Positions 47,717 through 57,540 of a DNA stretch of 64,000 nucleotides are shown here, piece after piece. Source of the stretch: Candidatus Sericytochromatia bacterium (lineage in GTDB: Bacteria; Cyanobacteriota; Sericytochromatia; S15B-MN24; UBA4093). The notes under the pieces are model-generated. The model was not told the origin of the DNA and ran no database searches. It worked only from the letters and a program-made list of their open reading frames with translations. Every line of letters begins with the position of its first letter. Position 1 is the first letter of the stretch. The stretch spans positions 37,632 to 101,631 of the forward strand of contig JAKFBU010000061.1 of assembly GCA_036676985.1 (NCBI GenBank), read 5' to 3'. The position numbers were made by a program, and so were the translations under genes.

Positions 47717-48895
47717 TCATGCCAGCGCGCGCTTGATCCGCTCTCTCATGGGGGCCTCGAGGCGTCGGAACACGAGCACCGAGAGCCCGATCGTCAGGGC
47801 GAAGTAGACCGCATGCAGGCACAGCGGATGGCTGATGACCGGCAGGCCCTTGCAGGCGTTGAAGGCTTGAAACACGGCGAACATCACCGGGACATGCAGG
47901 ATGTAGACGGCATAGCTCGCCTCGCCCAGCAGGACCATCCCGGGCCGGGACAGCCACCGGCTGAGGTGCCCGCTCTGGTGTGACAGACCGAACACGAGGG
48001 CGGCAAACGGCACCAACATCAAGGAGCTGACGAGGTTGTGGTCGGCCTTGTCGGTGATGAGGGCCAGGGCGACCAGGATGCCGATCGCCGACACCCAGGT
48101 GAGGGCGCCCGGCCCGGCCGGATGGCCACCCTCCTGCCTGCGCAGCAGGAACAGCCGTCCCACGACGATCCCGAGCATGAAGTCGGGCAGTCGGAAGAGC
48201 GGGAAGACGCAGCGATACGCGCCGACGATCGCGAGGCCGGGATGCGTCTGCACCAGGAGCACGGTGAGGATGCTCAGGGCGAGCGAGCAACCCCAGGACA
48301 GGGCCGCCACCTGGTAGAGGCTCTTGCGATCGAGCTTCATGAGGCCGAGAGACGTCACGAGGAAGGGGAAGACGGCATAGAAGAACGCCTCGACCGAGAG
48401 GGACCAGGACGGTGGGTTCACGTCCTGCATGATGGGGGGGTACCAGGACTGCAGGAGCGTCCCATGCAGCCCCATGACGGCGGCTGCCTTGAGCCCGGCC
48501 AGGCCCTCCGGATAGTACGGCAACGCGTACGTGCAGAGGTACGGCACCGAGACCGCCAAGGACAGCAAGTAGACGGGGTAGATGCGGGCGAGCCGTGCGA
48601 TCCAGTATCGCTTGGCATCGATGCGCCCGCCCGCATGGCCCGTCGGGTCGAGGTACGTGATGGCCATGACGAAGCCCGACAGCAAGAAGAACAGGGGCAC
48701 GCCCAGGTAGCCGTTGCTCGCGATGTTCACGGCCCAGGCCGGCAGGGCGGAGTAGTCGGCCTTGAGGTTGAGCCACAGGTGAAACACCACGACATGCAGG
48801 GCCGCGAAAAAGCGCAGCCCTGTCAGCGAGTGGATCTGGGGCTTGGCATCCCGGTTGGGAGCCTGTAAGCGTAAGTCGAGGGAGGTCGTGGACAC
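47717..48895 (-). CDS. Acyltransferase family 3 (OafA-like membrane O-acyltransferase)
   Basis: LTGLRFFAA..VV.FH, GVPLFFLLSGF, R.ARIYP, WSLSVE.FFY, LGEASY..YILH. Confidence 0.92.
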   Translation of the reverse strand: MSTTSLDLRLQAPNRDAKPQIHSLTGLRFFAALHVVVFHLWLNLKADYSALPAWAVNIASNGYLGVPLFFLLSGFVMAITYLDPTGHAGGRIDAKRYWIARLARIYPVYLLSLAVSVPYLCTYALPYYPEGLAGLKAAAVMGLHGTLLQSWYPPIMQDVNPPSWSLSVEAFFYAVFPFLVTSLGLMKLDRKSLYQVAALSWGCSLALSILTVLLVQTHPGLAIVGAYRCVFPLFRLPDFMLGIVVGRLFLLRRQEGGHPAGPGALTWVSAIGILVALALITDKADHNLVSSLMLVPFAALVFGLSHQSGHLSRWLSRPGMVLLGEASYAVYILHVPVMFAVFQAFNACKGLPVISHPLCLHAVYFALTIGLSVLVFRRLEAPMRERIKRALA

Positions 48896-49237
48896 GCGAT
48901 ACCTCACTTGCTGGATCCGGCGCCCTCGCAGGGGGCAGAAGGGGCGCCGCTGGTGCGTCACATCGAGGATGACTGGTGCGACTCGCTTGGAAATCGATCG
49001 CTAATTGACGATCGACCGAGGCTCGTTCGCCTAGCGCGCTTCTGCCAGAGTCTTTGCACCGCTTGCGCCGGATCGGCCGCTAAGCCGGCCGGCATGGGCC
49101 CGTGGGCCCGTCATTCGCCAAAGTGCCCAAGATTCCCGGCAAAAGCGTTTTGATGTCAATTCGAGCAAGCGTTAGGATGGCCGACATCCATGTCGCCCGG
49201 TGTTCCCGTGACGCCGATACGCAGCCGCGAGGTCCCC

Positions 49238-50518
49238 ATGAACGTAGCCCTGACGTGGCCTGCCAGGTGGCGCCGTAGCAAGCTCGTGAGCGACGCGCTC
49301 GCGCTCTATTCGGTGGCCGCCCTCTACTACATCTTTCCGTTGATCCAGGCTCCTTACCTGGCGCGCGTCTTCGGTCTCGAGACCTGGGGCACGCTCGCCT
49401 TCATCGGGGGCTTCACGCTCTACCTCAACCTGCTCGTCGAGTATGGCTTCGGCCTGTTCGGCATGCGCGAGGTGGCGCGCCTGCAGCACGATCCGGCGGC
49501 CATCGCCGAGGTGTTCGCGAGCGTGCTCGGCGCCAAGCTCATGCTGAGCGCCCTGGCCGTCGCGGTCTCCCTAGCGGTCTGGCAGCTGGTGCCGATCTAC
49601 CGTGCACATTCCCTCTTGTTCTGGCTCATGGTGGCCGCGACCCTCGTGGCCGCCATGAACCTCACGTGGTTCTTCCAGGGCATCGAGCGCATCAAGGTCG
49701 TCTCCTACCTGGACGTCGCCCTCCGGCTCGTGGCCATGGGCTCCATGTTCTGGCTGGTCAAGGGCCCAGAGGATGCCTGGAAGCTCGCCGCCACCTTCCT
49801 GCTCGTGCCCGTCGTCTGCGTCGCCTACTCGTTTTTCTGGTACTACCGGCACTATCCGGCGCGAAGGCCCGGCGTGCGTCAGAGCCTCGCGGCCCTGAAG
49901 GCCGGCTGGGCGCTTTTCCAGTACCGCTGCACGACGAGCTTCTACACCATGGGGAGCACCTTCCTCCTGGGCCTCCTCTCGACGCCTCAGGTGGTGGGGA
50001 CCTTCGCCGTGGCCGAGAAGATCTACCGGGCGCTCCTGGGGCTCTTGTGGCCGGTGCATTCCGTCCTCTTCCCCCGGACGAGCAACCTGGTTCAGGCCTC
50101 GCGCCAGGAGGCCGCGCGCTTCGCGCAGCGCTCGCTCATCGGCCTCGGCCTCCTCGGCCTCTGCCTGGGGGGCTTCCTGTACGTCGCAAGCCCTCTCTTG
50201 GTGCGCCTCCTGATGGGCGAGCAGTACATGGCTTCGGTGCCCACCCTGCGTCTCATGGCGGTGCTGCCGGTGCTCATCGCCGTCAGCACGGTCCTGGGCA
50301 GCCAGTGGATGCTCTCCATGGGCATGGAGCGGGCCACCAATGCCATCACGCTCCTGGCGAGCGCCCTGAACGTGCTCCTGGTCTGCCTCCTGGTGCCTCG
50401 CTTAGCCCACGACGGCATGGCCTGGGCGATGGTGGGCACGGAGGTCTTCGTCACCACCGTCACCTACGCCTTCCTGCGGCGCCGGCGTCAGGACCCGTCG
50501 TCCGTCGCCGCGGCCTGA
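49238..50518 (+). CDS. Wzx/RfbX-type flippase
   Basis: PYLARVFG, VEYGF, WFFQG.E, AEKI; many TM helices. Confidence 0.87.
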   Translation: MNVALTWPARWRRSKLVSDALALYSVAALYYIFPLIQAPYLARVFGLETWGTLAFIGGFTLYLNLLVEYGFGLFGMREVARLQHDPAAIAEVFASVLGAKLMLSALAVAVSLAVWQLVPIYRAHSLLFWLMVAATLVAAMNLTWFFQGIERIKVVSYLDVALRLVAMGSMFWLVKGPEDAWKLAATFLLVPVVCVAYSFFWYYRHYPARRPGVRQSLAALKAGWALFQYRCTTSFYTMGSTFLLGLLSTPQVVGTFAVAEKIYRALLGLLWPVHSVLFPRTSNLVQASRQEAARFAQRSLIGLGLLGLCLGGFLYVASPLLVRLLMGEQYMASVPTLRLMAVLPVLIAVSTVLGSQWMLSMGMERATNAITLLASALNVLLVCLLVPRLAHDGMAWAMVGTEVFVTTVTYAFLRRRRQDPSSVAAA

Positions 50519-50546
50519 GCCGCGACTGTCACCAGAAGGAGTGCCC

Positions 50547-51581
50547 ATGCGCGTGTCCCCCCGCATCTCGGTGGTCATCCCCGCCTACAACGCCGCCGCC
50601 ACCCTGCCGGAGACCCTCCGCTCGGTGCTGGACCAGACCTATTCGGACCTGGAGGTGCTCGTCATCGACGACGGCTCCACGGACGGCACCCGGGAGGCCG
50701 CCGACGCCTGCCGGGATCCGCGGGTCCGGGTGCACACCTTCGCCAACGCGGGCCAGGCCGTCAGCCGCAACCGGGGCATCGCGCTCGCCCGGGGCGAGTT
50801 CGTCGCCTTCCTCGACTCCGACGACCTCTGGACCCCCGACAAGCTCGCGGACCAGCTCGCGGCCCTGGGGGCCCACCCCAAGGCCGCGGTCGCCTACAGC
50901 CTGACGGACCACATCGACATGCGGGGCCGGTGGCTCGGTCCCTGCTGCCACCACGTCGTCAACGGCGACGCCTTCGACGAGTTCCTCAAGAGCAACTTCC
51001 TGGCGAGCGGCTCAAACCCCCTGGTTCGCAAGTCGGCCCTCGACGAGGTGGGATGCTTCGACCCCGCGCTGACCCCGGCCGAGGACTGGGACCTCTACCT
51101 TCGCCTGGCCGTCCGCCATCCCTACGTCTGCGTGCCCAAGCCCCAGATCCTCTACCGTCTCAACCCCCTCTCCGCCTCGGCCAGCGTGCGCAAGATGGAG
51201 CGGGCGATCCTGGGGGTGCTCGAGAAGGGCAAGACCCACGGGCGCCGGGTCGATCCGGCCATCGTGGAGCGGGGCATGCCGGGCATCTACCGCTACCTCA
51301 CGCTGCGATCGCTCCTTTGTCCCCCCTCGCGGGACAACCTCGCGACCGCCTTCCATTGCCTGGTGCGCTGGATCCGGAGCGAGCACCGCGCCCTCGGGGG
51401 TGCCCGCCCGCCCCTTCGCCCCCAGCTCCTCAAGCTCTACCTGCTCTTCAAGCTGCTGCTGCTCGTCACACTACCCCGGAGCCTGGCCAGGGCCGTCTTG
51501 ATCCGGATCGAGCGCTGCTTGACCCTGCTGTCACCGGAAAGCCCGCTGTCGTATCCCTATGCCAAGGGTGTTGTCGCCTGA
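50547..51581 (+). CDS. Glycosyltransferase family 2
   Basis: SVVIPAYN, IDDGSTD, SRNRG, FLDSDD, EDWDL. Confidence 0.92.
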   Translation: MRVSPRISVVIPAYNAAATLPETLRSVLDQTYSDLEVLVIDDGSTDGTREAADACRDPRVRVHTFANAGQAVSRNRGIALARGEFVAFLDSDDLWTPDKLADQLAALGAHPKAAVAYSLTDHIDMRGRWLGPCCHHVVNGDAFDEFLKSNFLASGSNPLVRKSALDEVGCFDPALTPAEDWDLYLRLAVRHPYVCVPKPQILYRLNPLSASASVRKMERAILGVLEKGKTHGRRVDPAIVERGMPGIYRYLTLRSLLCPPSRDNLATAFHCLVRWIRSEHRALGGARPPLRPQLLKLYLLFKLLLLVTLPRSLARAVLIRIERCLTLLSPESPLSYPYAKGVVA

Positions 51582-51606
51582 TCCGCTTCCCCAAGGAGGA
51601 TTCCGT

Positions 51607-52716
51607 ATGCAAGCTGCTTCGTCCCCCCGGATCTCCGTGGTCATCCCGGCCTACAACTGCGTCGCCACCGTCGCCGAGACCATCCAGTCGGTGCTGGACC
51701 AGACCTTCGAGGACGTCGAGGTGCTCGTCATCAACGACGGCTCCACGGATGCCACCCTGGAGACGGTCAGCGCGTTCGGAGATCCGCGGGTCAGGGTGCA
51801 CAGCTTCGAGAACGGGGGCCTGGCCGTGAGCCGCAACCGGGGCATCGCGCTCGCCCGGGGCGAGTTCGTCGCCTTCCTCGACGCCGACGACCTCTGGACC
51901 CCCGACAAGCTCGCAGACCAGCTCGCGGCCCTGGAGGCCCACCCCGAGGCCGCGCTGGCCTACAGCCTGACGGACCACATCGACATGCAGGGCAACTACC
52001 TCGGCCTGTGCAGCCACCACTTCGTCAACGGGGACGTCTACGCGGAGCTCATGAAGTTCTGCTTCCTGGCCTGCGGCTCAAACCCCCTGGTCCGCAAGTC
52101 GGTGCTCGACGAGGTGGGAGGCTTCGACCCGGTCTTCAACCCGGCCGAGGACTGGGACCTCTGGCTGAGGATTGCCCGGCGCTTCCCGTTCGTCGGCGTG
52201 CCCAAGCCCCAGATCCTCTACCGCCTCAACGCCTTCTCCATGTCCTCCAACGTGCAGAAGATGGAGCAGTCCATCCTGCGGGTGCTCGACAAGGGCTACC
52301 GCGCATGGAAGGATCCCGATCCGGCCATCGCCCGCCTCGGCAAGGCCTACTGCTATCGCTACCTGACGGCCCGATCGCTCCAGGGCTCGCCGACGCGCGC
52401 GACCCTGCCGCTCACCTTCCGCTACTGGCAGACGTGGGTGCGCCACGACGGCTGGCTGTACGAGGACGGCCGCCTCAAGGTCCGCCCGCAACTGCTCAAG
52501 GTCTACATGCTCCTCAAGATGGGCCTGTTGGCCGTGCTGCCCCGTCCGGTCGCCATGGCCCTCATCGGCGAGATCGAGACCGTGCTCGTGGCGCTGTCCC
52601 CCGAGAGCCCCCTGTCGTACCCGCACGCCCGCCGGCGCACCTTCAAGGACCGCCAGCAGGCCCACGCGCGGCGCCAGGCACGCCTGCTCGGCTCCATGCA
52701 GGGGGCCGCGACCTAG
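51607..52716 (+). CDS. Glycosyltransferase family 2, tandem paralog of the previous gene
   Basis: SVVIPAYN, INDGSTD, FLDADD, EDWDL; shared tail LSPESPLSYP. Confidence 0.92.
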   Translation: MQAASSPRISVVIPAYNCVATVAETIQSVLDQTFEDVEVLVINDGSTDATLETVSAFGDPRVRVHSFENGGLAVSRNRGIALARGEFVAFLDADDLWTPDKLADQLAALEAHPEAALAYSLTDHIDMQGNYLGLCSHHFVNGDVYAELMKFCFLACGSNPLVRKSVLDEVGGFDPVFNPAEDWDLWLRIARRFPFVGVPKPQILYRLNAFSMSSNVQKMEQSILRVLDKGYRAWKDPDPAIARLGKAYCYRYLTARSLQGSPTRATLPLTFRYWQTWVRHDGWLYEDGRLKVRPQLLKVYMLLKMGLLAVLPRPVAMALIGEIETVLVALSPESPLSYPHARRRTFKDRQQAHARRQARLLGSMQGAAT

Positions 52717-52735
52717 CCGAGAGAGGGGGAGGCCC

Positions 52736-53902
52736 ATGTCCGAGCGCCACGGCATCGCCATCGCGACCATCCTGCCGCCCTCCGGCGACACGGGGGTCCA
52801 GGCCCACTTCCGGTCCTTCATGCGCTTCGCGGCGGACCAGGGCGACGTCGTCTCCCTGGTGACGCCCCATGACCTGAGCCGCTGGCTCTACTTGCCGCTC
52901 TTCGGCATCCGCTACCTGCTGCGCGGCCCTTTGAGGCCGCTCGGCATCCTCTGGTATCGCTTCTGGCACTACGTCCTGCTCAAGGTGGCCCTCGACCGCC
53001 GCTTCCGGCACGAGACCCCGGCTGTCATCTATGCCCAATGCCCCCTGAGCGCCAAGGCCGCCTTGGAGTCGGTCGCCTACCGCCGCGGGGCCGAGGTCGT
53101 GCTCGTCTGCCACTTCAACCTGTCCCAGGCCTACGAGCACTGGCTCGCAGGCGACATCGCCCGCGACGGCCTCCTCTACCGCGGCTTCGAGGCGACGGAC
53201 CGTGCCGTCATCCCCCGGCTCGCAGGGATTGTCTACGTCTCGGCCCATGCCCGCGCGGCCCTGCAGGAGCGTCTCCCGGTCGCCCGCATGGTCCCGGACG
53301 TCGTCATCCCCAACTGGGCCTCCCCGCCGCCCGAGGTGCCTTCGAGCCTGCATGGGGACATCCTCTCGATCGGCACCCTGGAGGCCCGGAAGAACCACCA
53401 GTTCCTCTTACGCGTCCTGGCCGAGGCCCGCCGACTGGGGCACCCCTACCGGTTGACCCTGGTCGGCGAAGGCCCCGCGCGCTCGAGCCTCGAGACCTTG
53501 AGCCGCGATCTCGGGGTCGGGGACCTCGTGACGTTCGCAGGCCGGCAGCCCCAGGCCCAGCGCCTCATGGCGACCCACCGGGTCTATGCGCACAGCGCCC
53601 TCATCGAGAGCTTCGGCATCGTGCTCATCGAGGCCCTCGCGGCGGGCCGGCCCGTCCTCGCCGCGCCCACCGGCGGCATCCCCGAGATCTTCGAGGACCA
53701 CGTCCAGGGACGCTACTGGGGCCTGGACGATGTCCGGGAGGCCGCCCGGATCCTGATCGAGGTCCTGGAAGAGCCTGAGCGCTACGCCCGGATGGCCCAG
53801 CGGGCCCTGACTCGCTACTACGAGCGCTACACCGTCACCCTCAACGCCAGGCGACTCGTGCACTTCCTCCGGGACGTGACCGAGGAGCCGCAGGCGTCCT
53901 AG
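52736..53902 (+). CDS. Glycosyltransferase family 4
   Basis: IGTLEARKNH, ESFGIVLIEA, GGIPEI. Confidence 0.9.
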   Translation: MSERHGIAIATILPPSGDTGVQAHFRSFMRFAADQGDVVSLVTPHDLSRWLYLPLFGIRYLLRGPLRPLGILWYRFWHYVLLKVALDRRFRHETPAVIYAQCPLSAKAALESVAYRRGAEVVLVCHFNLSQAYEHWLAGDIARDGLLYRGFEATDRAVIPRLAGIVYVSAHARAALQERLPVARMVPDVVIPNWASPPPEVPSSLHGDILSIGTLEARKNHQFLLRVLAEARRLGHPYRLTLVGEGPARSSLETLSRDLGVGDLVTFAGRQPQAQRLMATHRVYAHSALIESFGIVLIEALAAGRPVLAAPTGGIPEIFEDHVQGRYWGLDDVREAARILIEVLEEPERYARMAQRALTRYYERYTVTLNARRLVHFLRDVTEEPQAS

Positions 53903-53923
53903 AAAGACAAGGAGCGACCCCGG

Positions 53924-54910
53924 ATGCATGGCGACACCCTGCCGTCGATCGTCATCGTGATCTGCACCTACGACAACGCCCGTCACCTGGACCTGGCCCT
54001 GGCGGCGATCGCGCGCCAGAAGGTCCCCGAGGGCCTCCGCTGGTCGGTCCTGGTGGTGGACAACAACTGCACCGACGAGACTCCGGAGGTGGTGCGGCGG
54101 CACTTGCGCACCGGCCGCATCCCCTCCCTCAGGCGGGTGGTCGAGCTCGAGCAAGGCCTCACGGCTGCTCGCCTGCGCGGCATCAAGGAGACCACCGAGG
54201 CATGGGTCGCCTTTGTCGACGACGACTGCATCCTCGCCGAGGACTGGCTCGCCGAGGCGGCGCGCTTCGCCCGGGCGCACCCGACCTGCGGGGCCTTCGG
54301 GGGCCGTATCCGGCTGAAGTGGGAGGCGCCGCCGACCCCGCTCGCCCTGCGCTACCGCAAGGCCTTTTCGGAGCAGGACTACGGCCCCGACGCCATGCGC
54401 CTGCCGTCCGAGCGTCCCTACCGCTACCTGGCCGGTGCGGGCCTCGTCCTCAAGCGAGCGGCTCTCGTCGCGAGCGGCTGGACCGAAGAGCAGCTGCTGC
54501 TCGATCGAAAGGGCGCGCGCCTCCTGGCCGGCGGCGACGCCGAGATCAACGTTCGAGTGCTCAAGGCGGGCTACGAGCTCTGGTACCACCCGGGCTGCGT
54601 GCTGGAGCACCGCATTCCCGAGCGGCGCATGGCCGAGCGCTACCTGGCGGACCTCTACCAGGGGATCGGGGCCGGCAGCTGCCGGATGATCCTCATGGTC
54701 ATCCACTCCTCGATCGTCCTCAAGCTCGTCTCCTGCACCTATCGAACGCTGCGCGACCTGGGGCTCGTGGCGCTGCTCCTGGCTGCGAGCCCTTTCGAGG
54801 CCAGGGCGCGGAGCTCCCTGCGGATCCAGTGGCGACACCTCAAGGGCTTCGCCCGGGAGTTCTGGCCGAGTTTCCTCGAGAGCCTCACGCCCCGCGCGAT
54901 CCAGTCCTAG
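53924..54910 (+). CDS. Glycosyltransferase family 2
   Basis: VICTYD, VVDNNCTD, GLTAAR, FVDDD, GGD.E, HRIPERR. Confidence 0.9.
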   Translation: MHGDTLPSIVIVICTYDNARHLDLALAAIARQKVPEGLRWSVLVVDNNCTDETPEVVRRHLRTGRIPSLRRVVELEQGLTAARLRGIKETTEAWVAFVDDDCILAEDWLAEAARFARAHPTCGAFGGRIRLKWEAPPTPLALRYRKAFSEQDYGPDAMRLPSERPYRYLAGAGLVLKRAALVASGWTEEQLLLDRKGARLLAGGDAEINVRVLKAGYELWYHPGCVLEHRIPERRMAERYLADLYQGIGAGSCRMILMVIHSSIVLKLVSCTYRTLRDLGLVALLLAASPFEARARSSLRIQWRHLKGFAREFWPSFLESLTPRAIQS

Positions 54911-54915
54911 AACGT

Positions 54916-54948
54916 CGAGCGGGGGCGCCAATCCGGCGCCCCCGCTCG
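54916..54948. terminator. Hairpin between convergent genes
   Basis: CGAGCGGGGGCGCC-aatcc-GGCGCCCCCGCTCG. Confidence 0.7.
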
Positions 54949-54960
54949 TCGGGCGTTGGC

Positions 54961-56124
54961 TTACATGGCCGCCCGGTAGATGCCGATGACCTGGTCCAGG
55001 TTGGCGAGGCGCGGGTTGGTCGCCATGCAGGCGTCCTTCTGGGCGTTCTCGGCCATGACGCGATGGTCTTCTTCCTTGACGTTCAGCTCGCGCAGGCCGC
55101 TCGGAATCCCGACGTCCTCGGAGAGCCGGCGGATGGCCGCGACGGCCTTGCCGGCCGCCTCCATCGTCGAGAGGCCCGCGATGTCCTCGCCGAGGGCCTC
55201 GGCGATGTCGGCAAACCGCTCGGGACAGGCGATCATGTTGAACTCGCACACGTGCGGCAGCAGGATGGCGTTGCAGACGCCGTGGGGCAGGTTGTAGAAG
55301 CCGCCGAGCTGGTGGGCGCAGGCGTGGACGTAGCCGAGGCTCGCGTTGTTGAACGCCATGCCGGCCAGGTACTCTGCGTAGGCCATCCTGTCGCGGGCCT
55401 CGAGGTTCTTGCCGTTGGCCACCGCGGGGCGGAGGTACCGGGCGATGAGCTTGATGGCCTGCAGCGCGCAGGCGTCGGTGATGGGCGTGGCGATGGTCGA
55501 GACGTAGGCCTCGACCGCGTGCGTGAGGGCGTCCATGCCGGTGGCGGCCGTCAGGGGGGCGGGCTTGCCGACCATGAGGAGCGGGTCGTTGATGGCGATG
55601 TTGGGCGTGCAGCGCCAGTCGACGATGGCCATCTTCACGTGGGTGTCGGTGTTGGTGATGATGCAGAAGCGCGTCATCTCGCTCGCCGTTCCGGCCGTCG
55701 TGTTGATGGCGAGGAAGGGGGGCATGGGCTTGGTGCTCTTGTTGAGGCCCTCGAAGTCGCGGATGTTGCCGCCGTTGCCGACCACGAGGCCCACGCCCTT
55801 GGCGCAGTCATGGGCGCTGCCGCCGCCCAACGAGACGATGCCGTCGCACTGGTTGTCGACGTAGGCCTTGACGCCGTCCGCCACGTTTAGGTCGGTGGGG
55901 TTGGGCTCGGCGCCGTCGAAGATGGCGGCCTGGAGGCCCGCCGACTCCAGCTGGCGCTTGATCTGCTCTGCGACGCCCATCTTGGCGAGCCCGGCGTCGG
56001 TGACGATGAGCAGCTTGGTGGCGCCGAGGGCCTTGGCCTGATCGCCGGTCTCCTTGGACGAGCCGACGCCCATCAGGGAGACGGTGGGGATGAAGAACCC
56101 GAAGGTCTGGTCTGCCAGTGCCAT
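54961..56124 (-). CDS. Iron-containing (type III) NAD-dependent alcohol dehydrogenase, Mdh/ErcA/YiaY-like
   Basis: EPNPT, GGGSAHDCAK, NTTAGTASE, DALTHAVE, VHACAHQLGG, PHGVCN; GAGGAGG RBS. Confidence 0.93.
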   Translation of the reverse strand: MALADQTFGFFIPTVSLMGVGSSKETGDQAKALGATKLLIVTDAGLAKMGVAEQIKRQLESAGLQAAIFDGAEPNPTDLNVADGVKAYVDNQCDGIVSLGGGSAHDCAKGVGLVVGNGGNIRDFEGLNKSTKPMPPFLAINTTAGTASEMTRFCIITNTDTHVKMAIVDWRCTPNIAINDPLLMVGKPAPLTAATGMDALTHAVEAYVSTIATPITDACALQAIKLIARYLRPAVANGKNLEARDRMAYAEYLAGMAFNNASLGYVHACAHQLGGFYNLPHGVCNAILLPHVCEFNMIACPERFADIAEALGEDIAGLSTMEAAGKAVAAIRRLSEDVGIPSGLRELNVKEEDHRVMAENAQKDACMATNPRLANLDQVIGIYRAAM

Positions 56125-56416
56125 TGTTGACTTCCTCCTCGAAGTGCATGTCCGGCGCCGCGGCTGGTGGGCTCCGGGGATCTGCCATGGCGCCTGCGAT
56201 GACGGCAGGTCGCGGTCATGGCCCTCACGTACCGCCATCATGCCTAGGGGGGAACTACGGAGCCGTCCGTAATAGTTACCGGACCGAAGTCCGTTTCGGT
56301 TAGAGTGCCCTAATGAAGCCGTTTTGCGTCGCTTGCTTCCGGGCGGTCCCCGTCGTCTCTGGTCGGAGCGGGACGCTGCGCCCGCCAGTGCAGCTCACCG
56401 CGCCCCCCAGAACGAA

Positions 56417-56445
56417 GACAGCGACCCGCCGAGCGGGTCGCTGTC
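56417..56445 (-). terminator. Terminator after the endonuclease gene
   Basis: GACAGCGACCCGC-cga-GCGGGTCGCTGTC; minus strand continues TTCGTT. Confidence 0.7.
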
Positions 56446-56468
56446 CGAGTCTTGACTGGGATTTCGGG

Positions 56469-57272
56469 CTAGTTGCCCATGAAGGTCCCTACCGCCTGCA
56501 CGAACTCCGGATGATCGACGTAGGGGTTGCGGTTGCCCTGGAAGTGGTAGACCGCGTCGTTCCGGGAGCGCTCGAGGGCCGTGACGGGGTCCTGCTGGTG
56601 CCAGACCTTGAGCGTCTCCTCCTCGATGCGGAAGTTCGAGGTGTCCGCCTGGCGGCCGTAGACCGTGTAGAAGTAGAGGATGGCCCGGGCGGTGTTGCCC
56701 TTCTGGTCGTCACGCGGCTCGAAGACCGTCTCGCCGCGCGCGTTGAGGCCGAGCTTGCTGCCCCCGTCCGTCCACTCGACCTTCTCCACCTTTCCGAAGG
56801 GGTGCGAGCTGCGGCGGGAGTTGGCCTCGCAGTCGGTGGGGAAGAGGTGGTGCAGGTCGGACTTCGCCACGCCCTCGGCGCCCTTGCTCTGGGGCCAGGT
56901 ATGCTCGGCGTTGAAGCCCTTGCCGCCCTGGTAGGCGCTGCGGCGGTCCGTGATGCCGGAGAGGCGGCGGTCCGTGTAGTCGCACTCGATGATGTTGTCG
57001 TTGTCGAGGTCGTCCACGTCGGCGAACATGACGTCGCGCGCCAGGTCGTAGCCGAGCTCCTTGTGCTTGGTGACCACACCCGAGAGCGCGCGCAGGAGCT
57101 GCGGGCCCTTCAGACCCTGGGCCGGCTTGTAGTAGTCGGCGGGGGCCTGGTCCGAAGCCCTGACGGCGCGCTTGGTCGCCGTGAAGGGCTGTACGGCGGG
57201 GTTCACGCCGCAAGCGGAGAGGGCCGAGGCAAGGACGACGGATGCGAGGACGAGGGCGATCGGTTTCAACAC
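56469..57272 (-). CDS. Endonuclease I family (His-Me) lipoprotein nuclease
   Basis: LSAC lipobox; NAEHTWPQS, DLHHLFP, N..RS, FEPRD..KGN.ARA..YF, ER.RN..QGNRNPYVDHPE. Confidence 0.92.
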   Translation of the reverse strand: MLKPIALVLASVVLASALSACGVNPAVQPFTATKRAVRASDQAPADYYKPAQGLKGPQLLRALSGVVTKHKELGYDLARDVMFADVDDLDNDNIIECDYTDRRLSGITDRRSAYQGGKGFNAEHTWPQSKGAEGVAKSDLHHLFPTDCEANSRRSSHPFGKVEKVEWTDGGSKLGLNARGETVFEPRDDQKGNTARAILYFYTVYGRQADTSNFRIEEETLKVWHQQDPVTALERSRNDAVYHFQGNRNPYVDHPEFVQAVGTFMGN

Positions 57273-57454
57273 GGCCTCCAATCGGGTCTCGGGGGTTAGC
57301 TTAAGGTAAGATTAACATACAATCTTCCGATTGGAAGCCCCTCTGGCGCCTTTTTTGCGATCCTCACGCTCGTTTTATTATTCTTAGGTTAAGGCGGTGG
57401 GGCCAGGCCGCCATGGGCTCCGCGTGGCTCGGCGGGTGGGTGTCCACCTGGTCA

Positions 57455-57499
57455 AGAGTTAGCCCCCGCATGGCACCAGGCCATGCGGGGGCTAACTCT
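57455..57499. terminator. Perfect 20-bp inverted repeat (terminator or REP-like)
   Basis: AGAGTTAGCCCCCGCATGGC-accag-GCCATGCGGGGGCTAACTCT. Confidence 0.6.
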
Positions 57500-57540
57500 C
57501 GATGGTGTCGGTGGGGCAGGCCTCCGCGCCTGCCTGCCGG

